Assembly: GCA_963754875.1 (NCBI GenBank)
Contig: CAVWHO010000008.1
Coordinates: forward strand, 96,001-160,000
Reading direction: 5' to 3'
Source: Nitrospirota bacterium
GTDB lineage: Bacteria; Nitrospirota; UBA9217
DNA length: 64,000 nt
Positions 10,766 to 21,555 of this stretch are shown here, one piece after another. Position 1 is the stretch's first letter, and each line of letters opens with the position of its first letter. A model generated the notes under the pieces. It was given only the letters and a program-made list of their open reading frames with translations, had not been told where the DNA came from and ran no database searches. The position numbers and the translations under genes were made by a program.

Positions 10766-11674
10766 TCAGATATCCTCAAAATGCGTCAGCTTTTTAAACT
10801 CGCGGTACCGGTCCTCGATTTCCTTGTAGTCCAGGCTTCGGAGCCGGTCGAGACTGAAAGCCTCTACATTCAGTGAAGCCATGACACTGCCGAAAATCAC
10901 GGCCTTGCGCATGCTGTCCTCGGAAAAATTCATGGTGCTCGCGAGGTATCCCATAAAACCACCCGCAAACGTGTCCCCTGCTCCAGTGGGGTCAAACACC
11001 GACTCGAGCGGATAGGCGGGCGCACTGAACACACTATGGCCGTTGAACATGAGCGCCCCATAACTCCCCTGCTTTACGACGATTGTCTTCGGCCCCATGG
11101 TCTGCACGCTCTTTGCCGCTTTCACCAGGCTCGACTCGCCGGCAAGCTGTCTGATCTCTGCTTCGTTGATCGTAAGTAGGTCTACTTCCTTCAGCGTGCG
11201 CTTCAAAGCGTCGAGCTTGCTCGAAATCCAGTAATTCATGGTATCGCACGCTACGAGTTTCGGTCTCTCAACCTGCCTGAGGACATCGAGCTGTATTTCC
11301 GGGTCGACGTTTGCAAGGAAGACGACGTCGGAGGTTTTATAATCATCAGTAATGTTCGGCTTGAAGGTGGCCAGCACGTTCAGGTGCGTGGCGAGCGTAT
11401 GCGCTTCGTTTAGATCGTATCCGTATTCGCCTTTCCAGCGGAACGTCTCGCCCTTTTGGGCTTCAAGACCGCGTGTATCGATATTTTTACTCTTGAGAAA
11501 TTGGATATGCTCCTTGGGAAAGTCCTCACCGATCACGGCTACGAGCCGTACATCGGTGAAATAACTGGCTGAGGTGGAAAAATAAGTTGCTGAGCCGCCG
11601 AGGGCATTATCAACAGTTCCGAAGGGGGTTTTGACCGAATCCAGGGCAACGGTACCGACAACGAGCAAACTCAC
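10766..11674 (-). CDS. PfkB-family sugar/nucleoside kinase
   Basis: GTG start after GGAGGT; LGGSATYFS and DPTGAGDTFAGGF; downstream of mtnP. Confidence 0.88.
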   Translation of the reverse strand: MSLLVVGTVALDSVKTPFGTVDNALGGSATYFSTSASYFTDVRLVAVIGEDFPKEHIQFLKSKNIDTRGLEAQKGETFRWKGEYGYDLNEAHTLATHLNVLATFKPNITDDYKTSDVVFLANVDPEIQLDVLRQVERPKLVACDTMNYWISSKLDALKRTLKEVDLLTINEAEIRQLAGESSLVKAAKSVQTMGPKTIVVKQGSYGALMFNGHSVFSAPAYPLESVFDPTGAGDTFAGGFMGYLASTMNFSEDSMRKAVIFGSVMASLNVEAFSLDRLRSLDYKEIEDRYREFKKLTHFEDI

Positions 11675-11790
11675 AAAATGACCTCCAAAACCATAAGATA
11701 TACGTCCATCGACGGACACTGATGGAAACGGATACAATCGAAGAAATAAAATCCAGAGGGGACATCCGTGCCTGTCCCCGTGCAAAAAAT

Positions 11791-12681
11791 CTATTTCTTC
11801 TTCAAATACTTCCCGATGATGGGTGCGAGATCCTTCTTCGTCTTTGCCGGGATCAGTTTCTCCGGCGTCATGATGGTGTTCCGGAGCGCCTCGCCGCAGG
11901 AACAGGCGCGCGCCGCCGGCAGGCTGCGTACCGCCTCCCGGATCATGGCCTTCGAGGTTTCGACATTATGTTTCATCACTTCGAGCACCGCCTCGACGGT
12001 CACGGCCTCCTCGCTGTGGTGCCAGCAGTCGTAATCCGTTGCCAACGCGATCGTGCTGTAACAGATCTCGGCTTCCCGCGCGAGCTTGGCCTCGGTGGCG
12101 TTCGTCATACCGATCACATCGACATTCCACTGCCGGTACGTGAGCGACTCGGCGCGCGTTGAGAACTGCGGCCCCTCCATGCAGATATAAGTGCCGTCAC
12201 GGTGGACTGTCGCCCCTACCCGTATCCCGGCGTTTATCAGGACCGTGCAGAGATCGGCGCAGACCGGGTCAGCCATTCCCACATGCGCGACAACGCCGTT
12301 GCCGAAAAAGGTGCTTCTGCGGAGCTTCGTAAGGTCGTAGAACTGGTCCGGGACCACGATATCGCCGGGCCTGATTTCTTCCCTCATGCTGCCGACGGCG
12401 CTGACAGAGATGATCCGTTCCACGCCGAGTTTTTTCATGCCGTAGATGTTTGCGCGGTAGTTGATGTCCGTGGGGAGCACGCGGTGACCGCGTCCGTGGC
12501 GGGGAAGAAACGCCACGCGTTTGCCGTGCAGTGTTCCGATGAGGTAATCATCCGATGGTTTGCCGTAAGGGGTTGCGATCTTGAGGGCCTTGATCTGCGT
12601 CAGCCCTTCCATCTCATAGAGACCGCTGCCGCCAATGACGCCGATGCTGATTTTTTCCGACTGTGCACTCCGCTTGGCCAT
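11791..12681 (-). CDS. mtnP: S-methyl-5'-thioadenosine phosphorylase
   Basis: IGVIGGSGLY, FLPRHGRGH, EGPQFSTRAES, IGMT and TDYDCWH. Confidence 0.93.
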   Translation of the reverse strand: MAKRSAQSEKISIGVIGGSGLYEMEGLTQIKALKIATPYGKPSDDYLIGTLHGKRVAFLPRHGRGHRVLPTDINYRANIYGMKKLGVERIISVSAVGSMREEIRPGDIVVPDQFYDLTKLRRSTFFGNGVVAHVGMADPVCADLCTVLINAGIRVGATVHRDGTYICMEGPQFSTRAESLTYRQWNVDVIGMTNATEAKLAREAEICYSTIALATDYDCWHHSEEAVTVEAVLEVMKHNVETSKAMIREAVRSLPAARACSCGEALRNTIMTPEKLIPAKTKKDLAPIIGKYLKKK

Positions 12682-12809
12682 GTTCTATCGATTCCTTAAT
12701 TAGCTCGGGACGCATATTTTCGCTGATTACTGCTGAAGGAAAAAACATAAACTCGTATTAGGATATGAACGCGCTGTTTACATGCGTGATTCCGATATCA
12801 GCACGTTTC

Positions 12810-13076
12810 TCATGCCTGCGTCACACTCTGTTCCGATTCTTTTTTCATCTCGACGTGATCAAGGAGCTCGACAGGTTTTTCCGGTATGATGGTGGATATG
12901 GCGTGTTTATAAACGAGCTGCTGATTGTCCTGTTTGAGAAGTATGACGAAGTTATCGAACCCCTTGATCGTCCCCGTAAGTCGCGCACCATTGACCAGGT
13001 ACATTGTCACTGGAATTTTTTCCTTGCGCATCTGGTTTAAGAAAATGTCCTGGAGATTTACCTGCGACTTTCCCAT
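12810..13076 (-). CDS. hfq: RNA chaperone Hfq
   Basis: [24 protein letters not shown]...FDNFVILL...[10 protein letters not shown]; follows miaA. Confidence 0.96.
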   Translation of the reverse strand: MGKSQVNLQDIFLNQMRKEKIPVTMYLVNGARLTGTIKGFDNFVILLKQDNQQLVYKHAISTIIPEKPVELLDHVEMKKESEQSVTQA

Positions 13077-13145
13077 CCAACCCTCCGAAAAAACATCGCG
13101 AGAATCTGCGCTCAGCATGCCCGCGACAAAATAATTTTTGTAATC

Positions 13146-14099
13146 TTATACTAACTTCTTTGAAATTTCAACGTATTTCTTTATCCGCTCCAAAATATCC
13201 TCTGACGGTTCGAGCCCTGTAATGTCCACCCACGTCGCCTCGTTCTCGCGCCTGAACCAGGTAAATTGACGTTTGGCATACCGCTTGGTGTCGCGCTTGA
13301 GCAAGGCGACTGCCTCGTCCCGGGATGTCTTGCCCAGGAAGTGCGCCATGAAGTGCTTGTACCCCAGCCCCTGCATGGATATCAGATCAGGTTTGAATCC
13401 GCGGTCCATCAGCGTCTTGACCTCGGCTTCCAGCCCCTGATCGAGCATATGATCTACGCGCTTCTCGATACGCGGATAGAGTTCACTTCTGCTCCTCACC
13501 AAGAAGAGCAAGTTGAACCGGTACGGCCGCTCTTGGAACGCGTGGTCGCTGTGGAATTCGGAGAGTTTCCTGTCACGGAGGTAGTACACTTCCAGTGCGC
13601 GCACCGTTCGCCGGAGATCGTTCGGATGGATCTTGACCGCTGCCTCGGGGTCCACCTTGACCAGGTCGGAATAGAGCACACCCGGCTCCCCTTCTGCTTC
13701 CCGCTGCAGCAGCCGCTCGCGCAGTTCGATGTCGGCTGGCGGCCCGTGGAAGAGTCCCCGCATGAGTGCGCGGATATAAAGCCCGGTCCCTCCAACCACC
13801 AAGGGAATCCCGCCTGCTGCAATAATACCATCGATAACCGACCGTGCGTCGCGGAGGTAATCGCCGACGCTGTAATGCTGGTTCGGCTCCACGATGTCGA
13901 TCATATGGTGATAAACGAGTTTGCGCTGTTCCGGCGAGGGTTTGGCCGTGCCGATGTCCATGCCTCGGTAGATCTGCATGGAGTCAGCGCCTACGATTTC
14001 CGCGCGAAGCTCCTGTGCGAGGAGAATGGAGACATCCGTTTTGCCGACCGCGGTAGGGCCTGCCAGAATGAGGATGGGGTTATTGAGCGGTTCTGCCAT
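13146..14099 (-). CDS. miaA: tRNA dimethylallyltransferase
   Basis: GPTAVGKT, DSMQIYRGMDIGTAKP, VGGTGLY and YAKRQFTWF. Confidence 0.96.
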   Translation of the reverse strand: MAEPLNNPILILAGPTAVGKTDVSILLAQELRAEIVGADSMQIYRGMDIGTAKPSPEQRKLVYHHMIDIVEPNQHYSVGDYLRDARSVIDGIIAAGGIPLVVGGTGLYIRALMRGLFHGPPADIELRERLLQREAEGEPGVLYSDLVKVDPEAAVKIHPNDLRRTVRALEVYYLRDRKLSEFHSDHAFQERPYRFNLLFLVRSRSELYPRIEKRVDHMLDQGLEAEVKTLMDRGFKPDLISMQGLGYKHFMAHFLGKTSRDEAVALLKRDTKRYAKRQFTWFRRENEATWVDITGLEPSEDILERIKKYVEISKKLV

Positions 14100-14547
14100 G
14101 GCTGACGATCTCGATCGGGAACTCTTTCTTGCGCCAGTTTTTCATAGCGCCTTCCAAGGAAAACACCTTTTTATAGCCGGACAGGAAAAGTGAAATTCCG
14201 GCAATGCCTGCACGGGGCCCATGTTCGCAGTAAAGGACCACCGGATCCGTTTTCGAATAACCGAGCTGTTTGAGTCCCGAGCTGATCGAATAGAATGGAA
14301 TGTGCGTTGCACCGGGCACATGGTCCCTGTCGTATTCACCTTGAGAACGGACGTCCACAATGAGTGGAGCGTTCCCTTCCTGCATCCGTTTGAGGAGCTC
14401 GTCTCCTGTCATGCTTACGGCGCATCCGGTTACGCAGATGGAAACAAGGAAGGCAAAAACCGACGAGGCGACGACCGTATAGAAAAAGCGCGATATTAAC
14501 ATAGAACCGTATAGTGCAAAAAGCACGTCCGTAATGCTAAGTTCCAA
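14080..14547 (-). CDS. rhodanese-like domain protein, probably secreted or a lipoprotein (start uncertain)
   Basis: IVDVRSQGEYDRDHVPGATHIP, YCEHGPRA active loop, LEGAMKNW. Confidence 0.8.
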   Translation of the reverse strand: MELSITDVLFALYGSMLISRFFYTVVASSVFAFLVSICVTGCAVSMTGDELLKRMQEGNAPLIVDVRSQGEYDRDHVPGATHIPFYSISSGLKQLGYSKTDPVVLYCEHGPRAGIAGISLFLSGYKKVFSLEGAMKNWRKKEFPIEIVSHGRTAQ

Positions 14548-14571
14548 AGAGCACGGGTTCCGAAAAACCGT

Positions 14572-14943
14572 TCATGCTCGTTTTATTGACTGTCTTTTCT
14601 TTAGAGCCATGTCCTCTGCATGGGCCTGCAGACCTTTGACCCGTATCTGCATGATACACGCCCTGCGGTCAGAACGGAATACAAAACCGATGGCTTTTGA
14701 AATAAAATTACTGAACTTTTTACAATCCTTAGGATCGGGATACGTAGCACATTCTGCGCACGAGGAATACTGTGCTTCCCTGCAGCGGGCGCGCACTTTG
14801 CACCAGGTCGCTTTTTCGTTCTGAAGACAGCCGGGACACCGTCCTTTGAAATAACTGCCGCATGCGCCGCAGTACAAACCGCAAAAGGCAACCAGTCCTG
14901 TATCAGCAACGATCTTTCTTATGGCGTTCTCCTGTCTTCGCAT
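14572..14943 (-). CDS. DUF3795-family Cys-rich protein
   Basis: AFCGLYCGAC...CPGC...CKVRARC...CAEC..YP..C pattern. Confidence 0.75.
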   Translation of the reverse strand: MRRQENAIRKIVADTGLVAFCGLYCGACGSYFKGRCPGCLQNEKATWCKVRARCREAQYSSCAECATYPDPKDCKKFSNFISKAIGFVFRSDRRACIMQIRVKGLQAHAEDMALKKRQSIKRA

Positions 14944-14974
14944 GCACAGTGAACAACGCGTGTGCAGTGAACGC

Positions 14975-16783
14975 CTATAACCGCTTAAACATCTTCCTGA
15001 TGTCGTCGAGGGAGAACCTGATGACCGTAGGCCTGCCGTGCGGGCAGGTGTGCGGCATGCGGCATTTAAAAAGGTTATGGAGCAGCACTTCCATCTCTAC
15101 TTGATCGAGGCGCCGGTGGATCTTGATGGCCGGGTGGCATGCCATTACGCTCAAGACCTCATCGCGGAGCGTTTCCATTTTATTACTGCTGCCGTGGACG
15201 TTTACTTCGTCCAGGATGTCGAGCAAAAGCTGTTTATAATCAGCACCGATGAGAAGCGCCGGTACTGCCTTGACGACAAACGTGCCGTTCCCGAAGTCTT
15301 CCACGAGAAAACCGGCCTTGCTGAGTTCGGGAAGATATTCCGACAGCAGATCGCTCTGGGCAGGACCGAGTTCAACCTGGTCCGGCACCAGGAGGTTCTG
15401 AATCTGCGCCGACCCTGAACTGAACTGGTTTTGCAGTTTCTCGAACAATACCCGCTCGTGGGCAGCGTGCTGGTCAATGATGGCCATACCCTCTTTCGAC
15501 TGGGCAATAATAAAAGAGTCGTGGATTTGTGCCAGGGGGAAAAGATCGTGTGCTGAAGTGATCGAAGTTTGCCCATCGACATCGGAATTTTTTTCCCCCC
15601 GGGAGACATCCGGCTCGGACTGCAGGGCCGCTGCACTGAGGTCCCTCTTTCGCCGCCCGAAGAGGAGAGAAGATTTTAGTTCAAAAGTCGGGGCACCGCC
15701 GGCGGGCTGTCCCTTCAGATAATCAGAGAGCGCTTCTTTTACAGCGCTGTCGTATTGTCCCGGTACATCGGCGGTATCGATGACGGGCATCCCATGAGCA
15801 CGCAGCCCTTCCCTGATCACGTCTCGGAGCAGATCATGGATCTGCGATTGGTTCCGAAACCGCACTTCTGCCTTGGCAGGATGCACATTCACATCAACGA
15901 GCGAAGGGTCCATTTCGATAAAGATAAAACCGACCGGATGCCGGTCGCGCATCAGCATGTCACCGTACGCGCTGTAGAGCGCGTGCGTAAGCGAAGCATT
16001 CTTCACTGCGCGGTGATTCACATAAAAGTCCTGGTAGGTGCGGTCCGCGCGGCTATACGCCGGACGTCCGATAAGACCGTGGATATGGACGTTGTCTCGT
16101 CCGCCCGAAAAGGGCATGACGTTTTCCACGATCTCGTTGCCATACAGCTGGAACGCCCTTTCTTTCTCGCTCAGAGAGCGCGGCAGGTCGAGGACCGTTT
16201 TCTTGTTGTGCGTGAGCTTGAACCTGAGAGAAGGGTGCGCCATCGCCTGGCGGGACACTGCGGTCACAATATGCGAGAATTCGGTCGCAGTGCTTTTCAG
16301 GAACTTGAGGCGGGCAGGCGTGTTGTAGAAGAGGTGGCCTACTTCAAACGATGTGCCCTGCGAGGCTGCGGCGTCTGCTATGGATTTTACCTTTCCTGCT
16401 TCGATCTCGATCATAACCCCGGCGGAATTTCCCGGAGTGGCCGTCACCATCCTGATCTGGGATACCGCTGCAATGCTCGAAAGTGCTTCGCCGCGAAAAC
16501 CCATGGTGTGGATAGACTCGAGGTCCGCGTCATCGCTGATCTTGCTCGTCGCATGCCTCAGGAACGCGGTCTTCGCGTCTTCCTTCGACATGCCGCTGCC
16601 GTTGTCCGAAATGCGGATGAGCCGGGTGCCCGCCTGCTCGACATCGATGAATATTTCAGTGGCGCCGGCGTCAATGGAGTTTTCGATCAGTTCCTTAACG
16701 ACCGATGCGGGCCGCTCCACCACTTCGCCGGCAGCAATCTTGTTGATGACGTGGTCGGGAAGGATTTTGATGGTTGGGGTCAT
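14975..16783 (-). CDS. mutL: DNA mismatch repair endonuclease MutL
   Basis: NKIAAGEVVERPASVVKELIENSIDAG, GFRGEAL, DQHAAHER, ACH and CPHGRP. Confidence 0.97.
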   Translation of the reverse strand: MTPTIKILPDHVINKIAAGEVVERPASVVKELIENSIDAGATEIFIDVEQAGTRLIRISDNGSGMSKEDAKTAFLRHATSKISDDADLESIHTMGFRGEALSSIAAVSQIRMVTATPGNSAGVMIEIEAGKVKSIADAAASQGTSFEVGHLFYNTPARLKFLKSTATEFSHIVTAVSRQAMAHPSLRFKLTHNKKTVLDLPRSLSEKERAFQLYGNEIVENVMPFSGGRDNVHIHGLIGRPAYSRADRTYQDFYVNHRAVKNASLTHALYSAYGDMLMRDRHPVGFIFIEMDPSLVDVNVHPAKAEVRFRNQSQIHDLLRDVIREGLRAHGMPVIDTADVPGQYDSAVKEALSDYLKGQPAGGAPTFELKSSLLFGRRKRDLSAAALQSEPDVSRGEKNSDVDGQTSITSAHDLFPLAQIHDSFIIAQSKEGMAIIDQHAAHERVLFEKLQNQFSSGSAQIQNLLVPDQVELGPAQSDLLSEYLPELSKAGFLVEDFGNGTFVVKAVPALLIGADYKQLLLDILDEVNVHGSSNKMETLRDEVLSVMACHPAIKIHRRLDQVEMEVLLHNLFKCRMPHTCPHGRPTVIRFSLDDIRKMFKRL

Positions 16784-16788
16784 AAATT

Positions 16789-16862
16789 CAGGATGCAGGA
16801 GTCAGGGGCCGGAAGCCAGGAGAAAGCGGCTCTCTTCTGGTTTCTGTATTCCGACTTCTGAC
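16789..16862. repeat. intergenic inverted repeat with 7-nt periodic arms
   Basis: CAGGATG CAGGAGT CAGGGGC CGGAAGC CAGGAGA ... TTCTGGT TTCTGTA TTCCGAC TTCTGAC. Confidence 0.75.
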
Positions 16863-16872
16863 TACGTTTTTC

Positions 16873-18222
16873 TCAATACTTCAGCTTCGCTTTTTCCTGA
16901 TTCGCCACCACCACGATCACCATTTTATCGGGATGCAGGTATTTCTTTGCTACCCGCTGGATATCTTCCCTGGTCACTGCGTTGATCAGGGCCGGGTACT
17001 TCGTGGGATAATCGAGGCCAAGGTTGTAAATCTCGATGGAAGCGAGCATGCCGGCTATCTTGGAGTACGTGTCCATCCTCAGGGGGAAGCTGCCGCTCAA
17101 ATATGCTTTGGCATCGGCCAGTTCCTTGTCCGAAACGAACTCTGTCTGGATCCTGCGGATCTCCTTCTGCGTCTCATGTATCACGTCGTTAGCTGAGTCG
17201 TTTTTTGTCTGAATCGACACCGTGAATGCCCCTGGTTCTTTCTGCGCGGAGAACCCGCTGTGGACGTCATAGGCCAGTCCCTTGTTGTCTCGGATATTGT
17301 CCATAAGGCGTGAGGAAAAACCGCCGCCTCCCAGGATGTAGTTCATTACCGAGACGGCATAGAAGTCGGGGTTCTCCCTGCTGATGCCGATATGCCCCAT
17401 ATCGATGTTCGCCTGAGCGACGTCCTTGTCTATCTTCTGGACGACGGTCTTCTCGATCACCGGCGGCGGGATCTCCGCGGGAAGCGGCTGCGCCTTCCTC
17501 TGCCACGTTTTGAAATAGTCGTTCAGCAAATCGACGATTTCCTTCTCGGACACATCCCCCACAATGGCGATAATTGTATTGTCCGGGCTGTAACGCGACG
17601 AATAAAAATCAAAGACATCCTGCCGCGTGAGTTTCGGAAGGTAGGCTGCCACATCATCGTTCGTCCTGCCGTAGGGATGGCCGCCGAAGACGGCTTTCGC
17701 GAAGGCCTGACTTGCAACGATGCCCGGCTCTTCTTTCTGCCGCTGGATCTCAGCGAGGGTCTCCTTCACCTTGCGGTCGATCTCTTTCTGGTCGAAGATC
17801 GGGTTCAGGAGAACGTCGGACAGCAGGTCCAGACCGGTGCGAATGTCCTTTTTGAGCACCCTGAGATTAGCGGAGGCGAAATCCTCTCCGCCTCCCGTCG
17901 AGAGCGACCCGCCGATAAAATCGATCTCCTGGTGAATCTGGTTTGCCGTGCGTTTTTTCGTACCCTGCATCAGAAGTGACGCTGTAATGGACGCCAGTCC
18001 GGGTTTGTCTTCCGGTACTGCCGTGCTCCCCGCTTTGATCGCCATGTTCACTGTGACCATCGGAATTTCATGTTTCTCGGCAAGCAGCAGGACCATGCCA
18101 TTTTCGAGGAGAATGCGCTTGCCGAGCGGTTCAGCAGACGCAGGGTTTGAAACAAAGAGCGTCAAGATGACCAGAATGGCAGTAAACAGTATTTTTTCAG
18201 TTATAATCGCGTTATTCCGCAT
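16873..18222 (-). CDS. M16 (pitrilysin/insulinase) family protein, secreted non-catalytic subunit
   Basis: signal peptide; LENGM, HPYG, GGGGFSSRL..IRDNKGLAY; no HxxEH motif. Confidence 0.88.
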   Translation of the reverse strand: MRNNAIITEKILFTAILVILTLFVSNPASAEPLGKRILLENGMVLLLAEKHEIPMVTVNMAIKAGSTAVPEDKPGLASITASLLMQGTKKRTANQIHQEIDFIGGSLSTGGGEDFASANLRVLKKDIRTGLDLLSDVLLNPIFDQKEIDRKVKETLAEIQRQKEEPGIVASQAFAKAVFGGHPYGRTNDDVAAYLPKLTRQDVFDFYSSRYSPDNTIIAIVGDVSEKEIVDLLNDYFKTWQRKAQPLPAEIPPPVIEKTVVQKIDKDVAQANIDMGHIGISRENPDFYAVSVMNYILGGGGFSSRLMDNIRDNKGLAYDVHSGFSAQKEPGAFTVSIQTKNDSANDVIHETQKEIRRIQTEFVSDKELADAKAYLSGSFPLRMDTYSKIAGMLASIEIYNLGLDYPTKYPALINAVTREDIQRVAKKYLHPDKMVIVVVANQEKAKLKY

Positions 18223-18274
18223 TAGGCACTCCGTTTATGCCCGCGCTTCCGCACGAGCAAGGGTACATTCCACA

Positions 18275-19596
18275 TTATTTTTTCACCGGCACGAGGATGC
18301 CGACGGTCCTGTTGTCCTCGGAGAAATACTCTTTCGCCACCCGCATCACGTCTTCTTTCGTCACCGCACGGATGTTGTCCACATAGCTCTCGAGCAGCTC
18401 GCCAGCTGGCCACTGATTCGAACTGGCCCAGGAGCATGGCCTGGTTGAAGATCGAGTCCTGGCCCATGATAAAGCTCGCCTCGATCTGGTTCTTGGCCTT
18501 CTGCAGTTCATCGTCGGTCACCGGCTCGTTCTTGAATTTATCGATCTCGGCGTATAAGGCCTTTTCGACCTCTTCGGTCGTCTTACCCGGCATCACGCCG
18601 GCATACACGTAGAACAGGTTCGGGTCCGTCGAAACATTGTCGTAATCGCCGCCGGCGTAGAGCGCCAGCTGCTTTTCGTACACCAGCGACTTGTAGAGTC
18701 GTGAGCTCTTTCCCGAGGAAAGGATGCCTTGCAGAACTTCGAGGGCATAGGAGTCGGGATGCTTCAGGGTCGGAACAATGTATCCCGCAAAGACCGCAGG
18801 CAGTTCGGCCTGTCTTTTCACAATGACCCGCCGCTCACCGAGATGCTTCGGCTCGACGGCGGTGACCTTCGGCACCTCCGGGCCGCGTGGTATCTTGCCG
18901 AAGGACCGCTCGATCTGAGCGAGCAGCTTGTCCGTGTCGAAATCACCCGACAACGACGATGGTCGCGTTGTTCGGCGCATAATAGGTACGGTAATGTTTA
19001 ACGAGGTCGTCGCGGGTGAAGTTGTTGATGTCCGCCATCCAGCCGATCACCGGCCACTGGTACGGATGGGCGCTGAATGCAACGGACATCATCTGTTCCA
19101 CCATGGCATTGACGGGATCGTCTTCAGTTCGCATCCGGCGCTCTTCCTTCACCACGTCTCGCTCGGACAGGAACTCCTTCGGGTCCAGCAGCAGGTTGTG
19201 CATACGGTCTGATTCGAGATCGAGCGATATCGCGATGCGGTCCGCGGCAAAGTTCTCGAAATAAGCCGTGTAATCATGGGACGTAAATGCATTGTCGTTC
19301 CCGCCGTTCCGCTGGACCGTCTGCGAGAAGGTCTTGGGGCCATACTTCTTCGTTCCCTTGAACATCATGTGTTCGAGCATGTGGGACAGCCCTGTTTTCC
19401 CGAGGCACTCGTTGCGCGATCCGACCTTGTACCAGATCTGGAACGTTACAACCGGGGCCTTGTGCTCTTCCTTGAGCAGTACCTTGAGCCCATTCGGAAG
19501 GACCCTTTCGGTGACGTTCATGGGCTGGGCAAAGGACGATGTTGTAAGGAAAATTGCAATGAGACAGACACCGGTGATTTTGAGTACCGTACGCAT
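18275..19596 (-). CDS. M16 family zinc peptidase, secreted catalytic subunit (split by two +1 indels)
   Basis: HMLEH motif; ORFs 18943..19650, 18222..18980 and 18275..18511 join (NATIVVV|GDFD; VASW|..LLESY) if single bases near 18947 and 18399 are removed. Confidence 0.82.
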
Positions 19597-19651
19597 CAGG
19601 ACGCTCTCCGATTTTTTACTCGTTTGCTTTTTATATTCAGTATTCCACATT

Positions 19652-20107
19652 TCACTTTACTCCCGTATGTCCGAATCCGCCCGCACCCCGTGCGGTCTCG
19701 GATAGCTGCTCTACACTTTCAAACTTTGCCTTCGACAGCTTCGCAAAGACCAGTTGGGCGATGCGGTCTCCCCGCCGGACCGTGAAGGGCCTGTCGCTGA
19801 AATTGAAAAGGATGATGCCGACCTCACCCCGGTAATCCGCATCAATGGTCCCTGGGCCGTTCAGCATGCCGATACCGTGTTTCAGGGCCAGTCCGCTCCG
19901 GGGCCGTACCTGTCCCTCATACCCTTCGGGAATTGCAAGCGCAATCCCCGTGGGAACCAGCACCCACTTCCCCGCATCGATGACGATATCGCCTTCCACA
20001 GCCGCGTAGAGGTCCACGCCTGCGGCATGCTTGGTCTGGTAATGCGGGAGCGGAATTCCGTCGGCATTTTTCAGTTTGGTTATATGAACGACAAGATGGT
20101 CAGTCAT
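19652..20107 (-). CDS. dut: dUTP diphosphatase
   Basis: [31 protein letters not shown] and [10 protein letters not shown]. Confidence 0.96.
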   Translation of the reverse strand: MTDHLVVHITKLKNADGIPLPHYQTKHAAGVDLYAAVEGDIVIDAGKWVLVPTGIALAIPEGYEGQVRPRSGLALKHGIGMLNGPGTIDADYRGEVGIILFNFSDRPFTVRRGDRIAQLVFAKLSKAKFESVEQLSETARGAGGFGHTGVK

Positions 20108-20186
20108 GGCACCGATTCGCGGAGACGCTGCATACTGCAGACACACACGCGGGAAAATAAAATTTCGTTCCTCTTTTACGCGTACC

Positions 20187-21444
20187 CTACATTTCCAAGA
20201 CCGAGTCCGGTACATCGGCCTTGGACAGCGGGCCGAGGATCGTGAGGGATATATTGTCCTGGGTGAACAGTTTCTGCGCCAGTTGCTGCACCTGTTCTCC
20301 GGTCACCTGCTCCACTCCCTTGATAATATCGTCCATGGACAGATATTTCCCGAAGTAGATCTCCTGGCGCGCGATCCTGCTCATGTGACTGTTGCTGCTT
20401 TCGAGCGAAAGGATCAGGTTTCCCTTGATCTGGTTTTTCACGCGCTGCTCTTCAGCCGCAGTGATGCCTTCGGTTTTGATCTTTTTCAATTCCTTGATCA
20501 CGAGCCGGACCACCTCAACGGCATTTGAAGGGTCGGTCCCCGCGTAGATCGTGAAAAGCCCTGTATCGCGGTACGACGTTACGTAGGAGTAGATCGAGTA
20601 GGCGAGCCCGTTCTGTTCCCGCACTTCCTGGAACAGTCTTGAGCTCATACTGTAGCCGAGCACGGTATTGAGAGCCGAGATCACGTAACGGTCGTCATGC
20701 GTGTTCGGCAACCCTTTGCAGCCCATGCAGAGCTGAACTTGCTCGAGCTGTTTCTTCTTTACCAGGATCGCGCTGGTGAAGGCCGGTGCTTCCTCTTTTT
20801 TCGGGGTCGCTGCCCGTGACCAGTTTCCCGAATTGCCTGTTCAGGAGATCTATCAGTTGGGCGTGTTCGAAATTGCCAGCCACGGAAATAACAATCTCTT
20901 TCGGGCTGTAATAGCTGTCGATATAGGACAGGATGTCCCGGTGTTTCATCGCCTTGATGGTGTCCTTCGTGCCGAGGATCGGACGGCCGAGCGAATTATC
21001 GGGCCAGACCGTATTGGTGAAGAGCTCGTGCACGTAGTCGTCGGGTGCATCTTCCACGCCCTTGATCTCTTCGAGAATGACTTTGCGCTCTTTTTCCATC
21101 TCCGCGGGATCGAACTTCGATCCCAGCAGAATATCGGAAAGGATATCGATGGCCACGGGCAGGTGCTCGTCCACGACTTTAGCGTAGTAGGTGGTCGTCT
21201 CCTGTGACGTGAAGGCATTGTACTCCCCACCAAGGGAATCCATCTCGATCGCGATGTCCTTCGCGGTTCGTTTCTCCGTGCCTTTGAAGAACATATGCTC
21301 GATGAAATGCGAGACGCCGCCGATCTCCGGCGGCTCGTGCCGGGAGCCGACCTTGACCCATACGCCGATGGACACAGAGCGCGATTTCGGAAGGGTTTCG
21401 GACACGACCCGTATGCCGTTCGCAAGGGTATCTTTTCTGTACAT
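20187..21444 (-). CDS. cytoplasmic M16 family zinc peptidase (one +1 indel near 20800)
   Basis: [11 protein letters not shown] and NAFTSQE; C-terminal part in ORF 20187..20726 ([17 protein letters not shown]). Confidence 0.85.
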
Positions 21445-21464
21445 AGAACCGTCTTTCTTTTAAC

Positions 21465-21533
21465 CACAAAGGCACCAAGACACAAAGAATTTTTCTTATC
21501 TTCCTGTTATCGTCGTGACTTTGTGCCTTCGTA
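21465..21533. repeat. intergenic inverted repeat with 8-nt periodic arms
   Basis: CACAAAGG CACCAAGA CACAAAGA ... TCGTCGTG ACTTTGTG CCTTCGTA. Confidence 0.7.
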
Positions 21534-21555
21534 ATAGGATACTATTTCAGCTTTA

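Noticed and set aside
18943..18945. In-frame TGA in the M16 peptidase as possible selenocysteine or readthrough
   Set aside because: The protein continues in a different frame (VVG-DFD), so a +1 indel explains it
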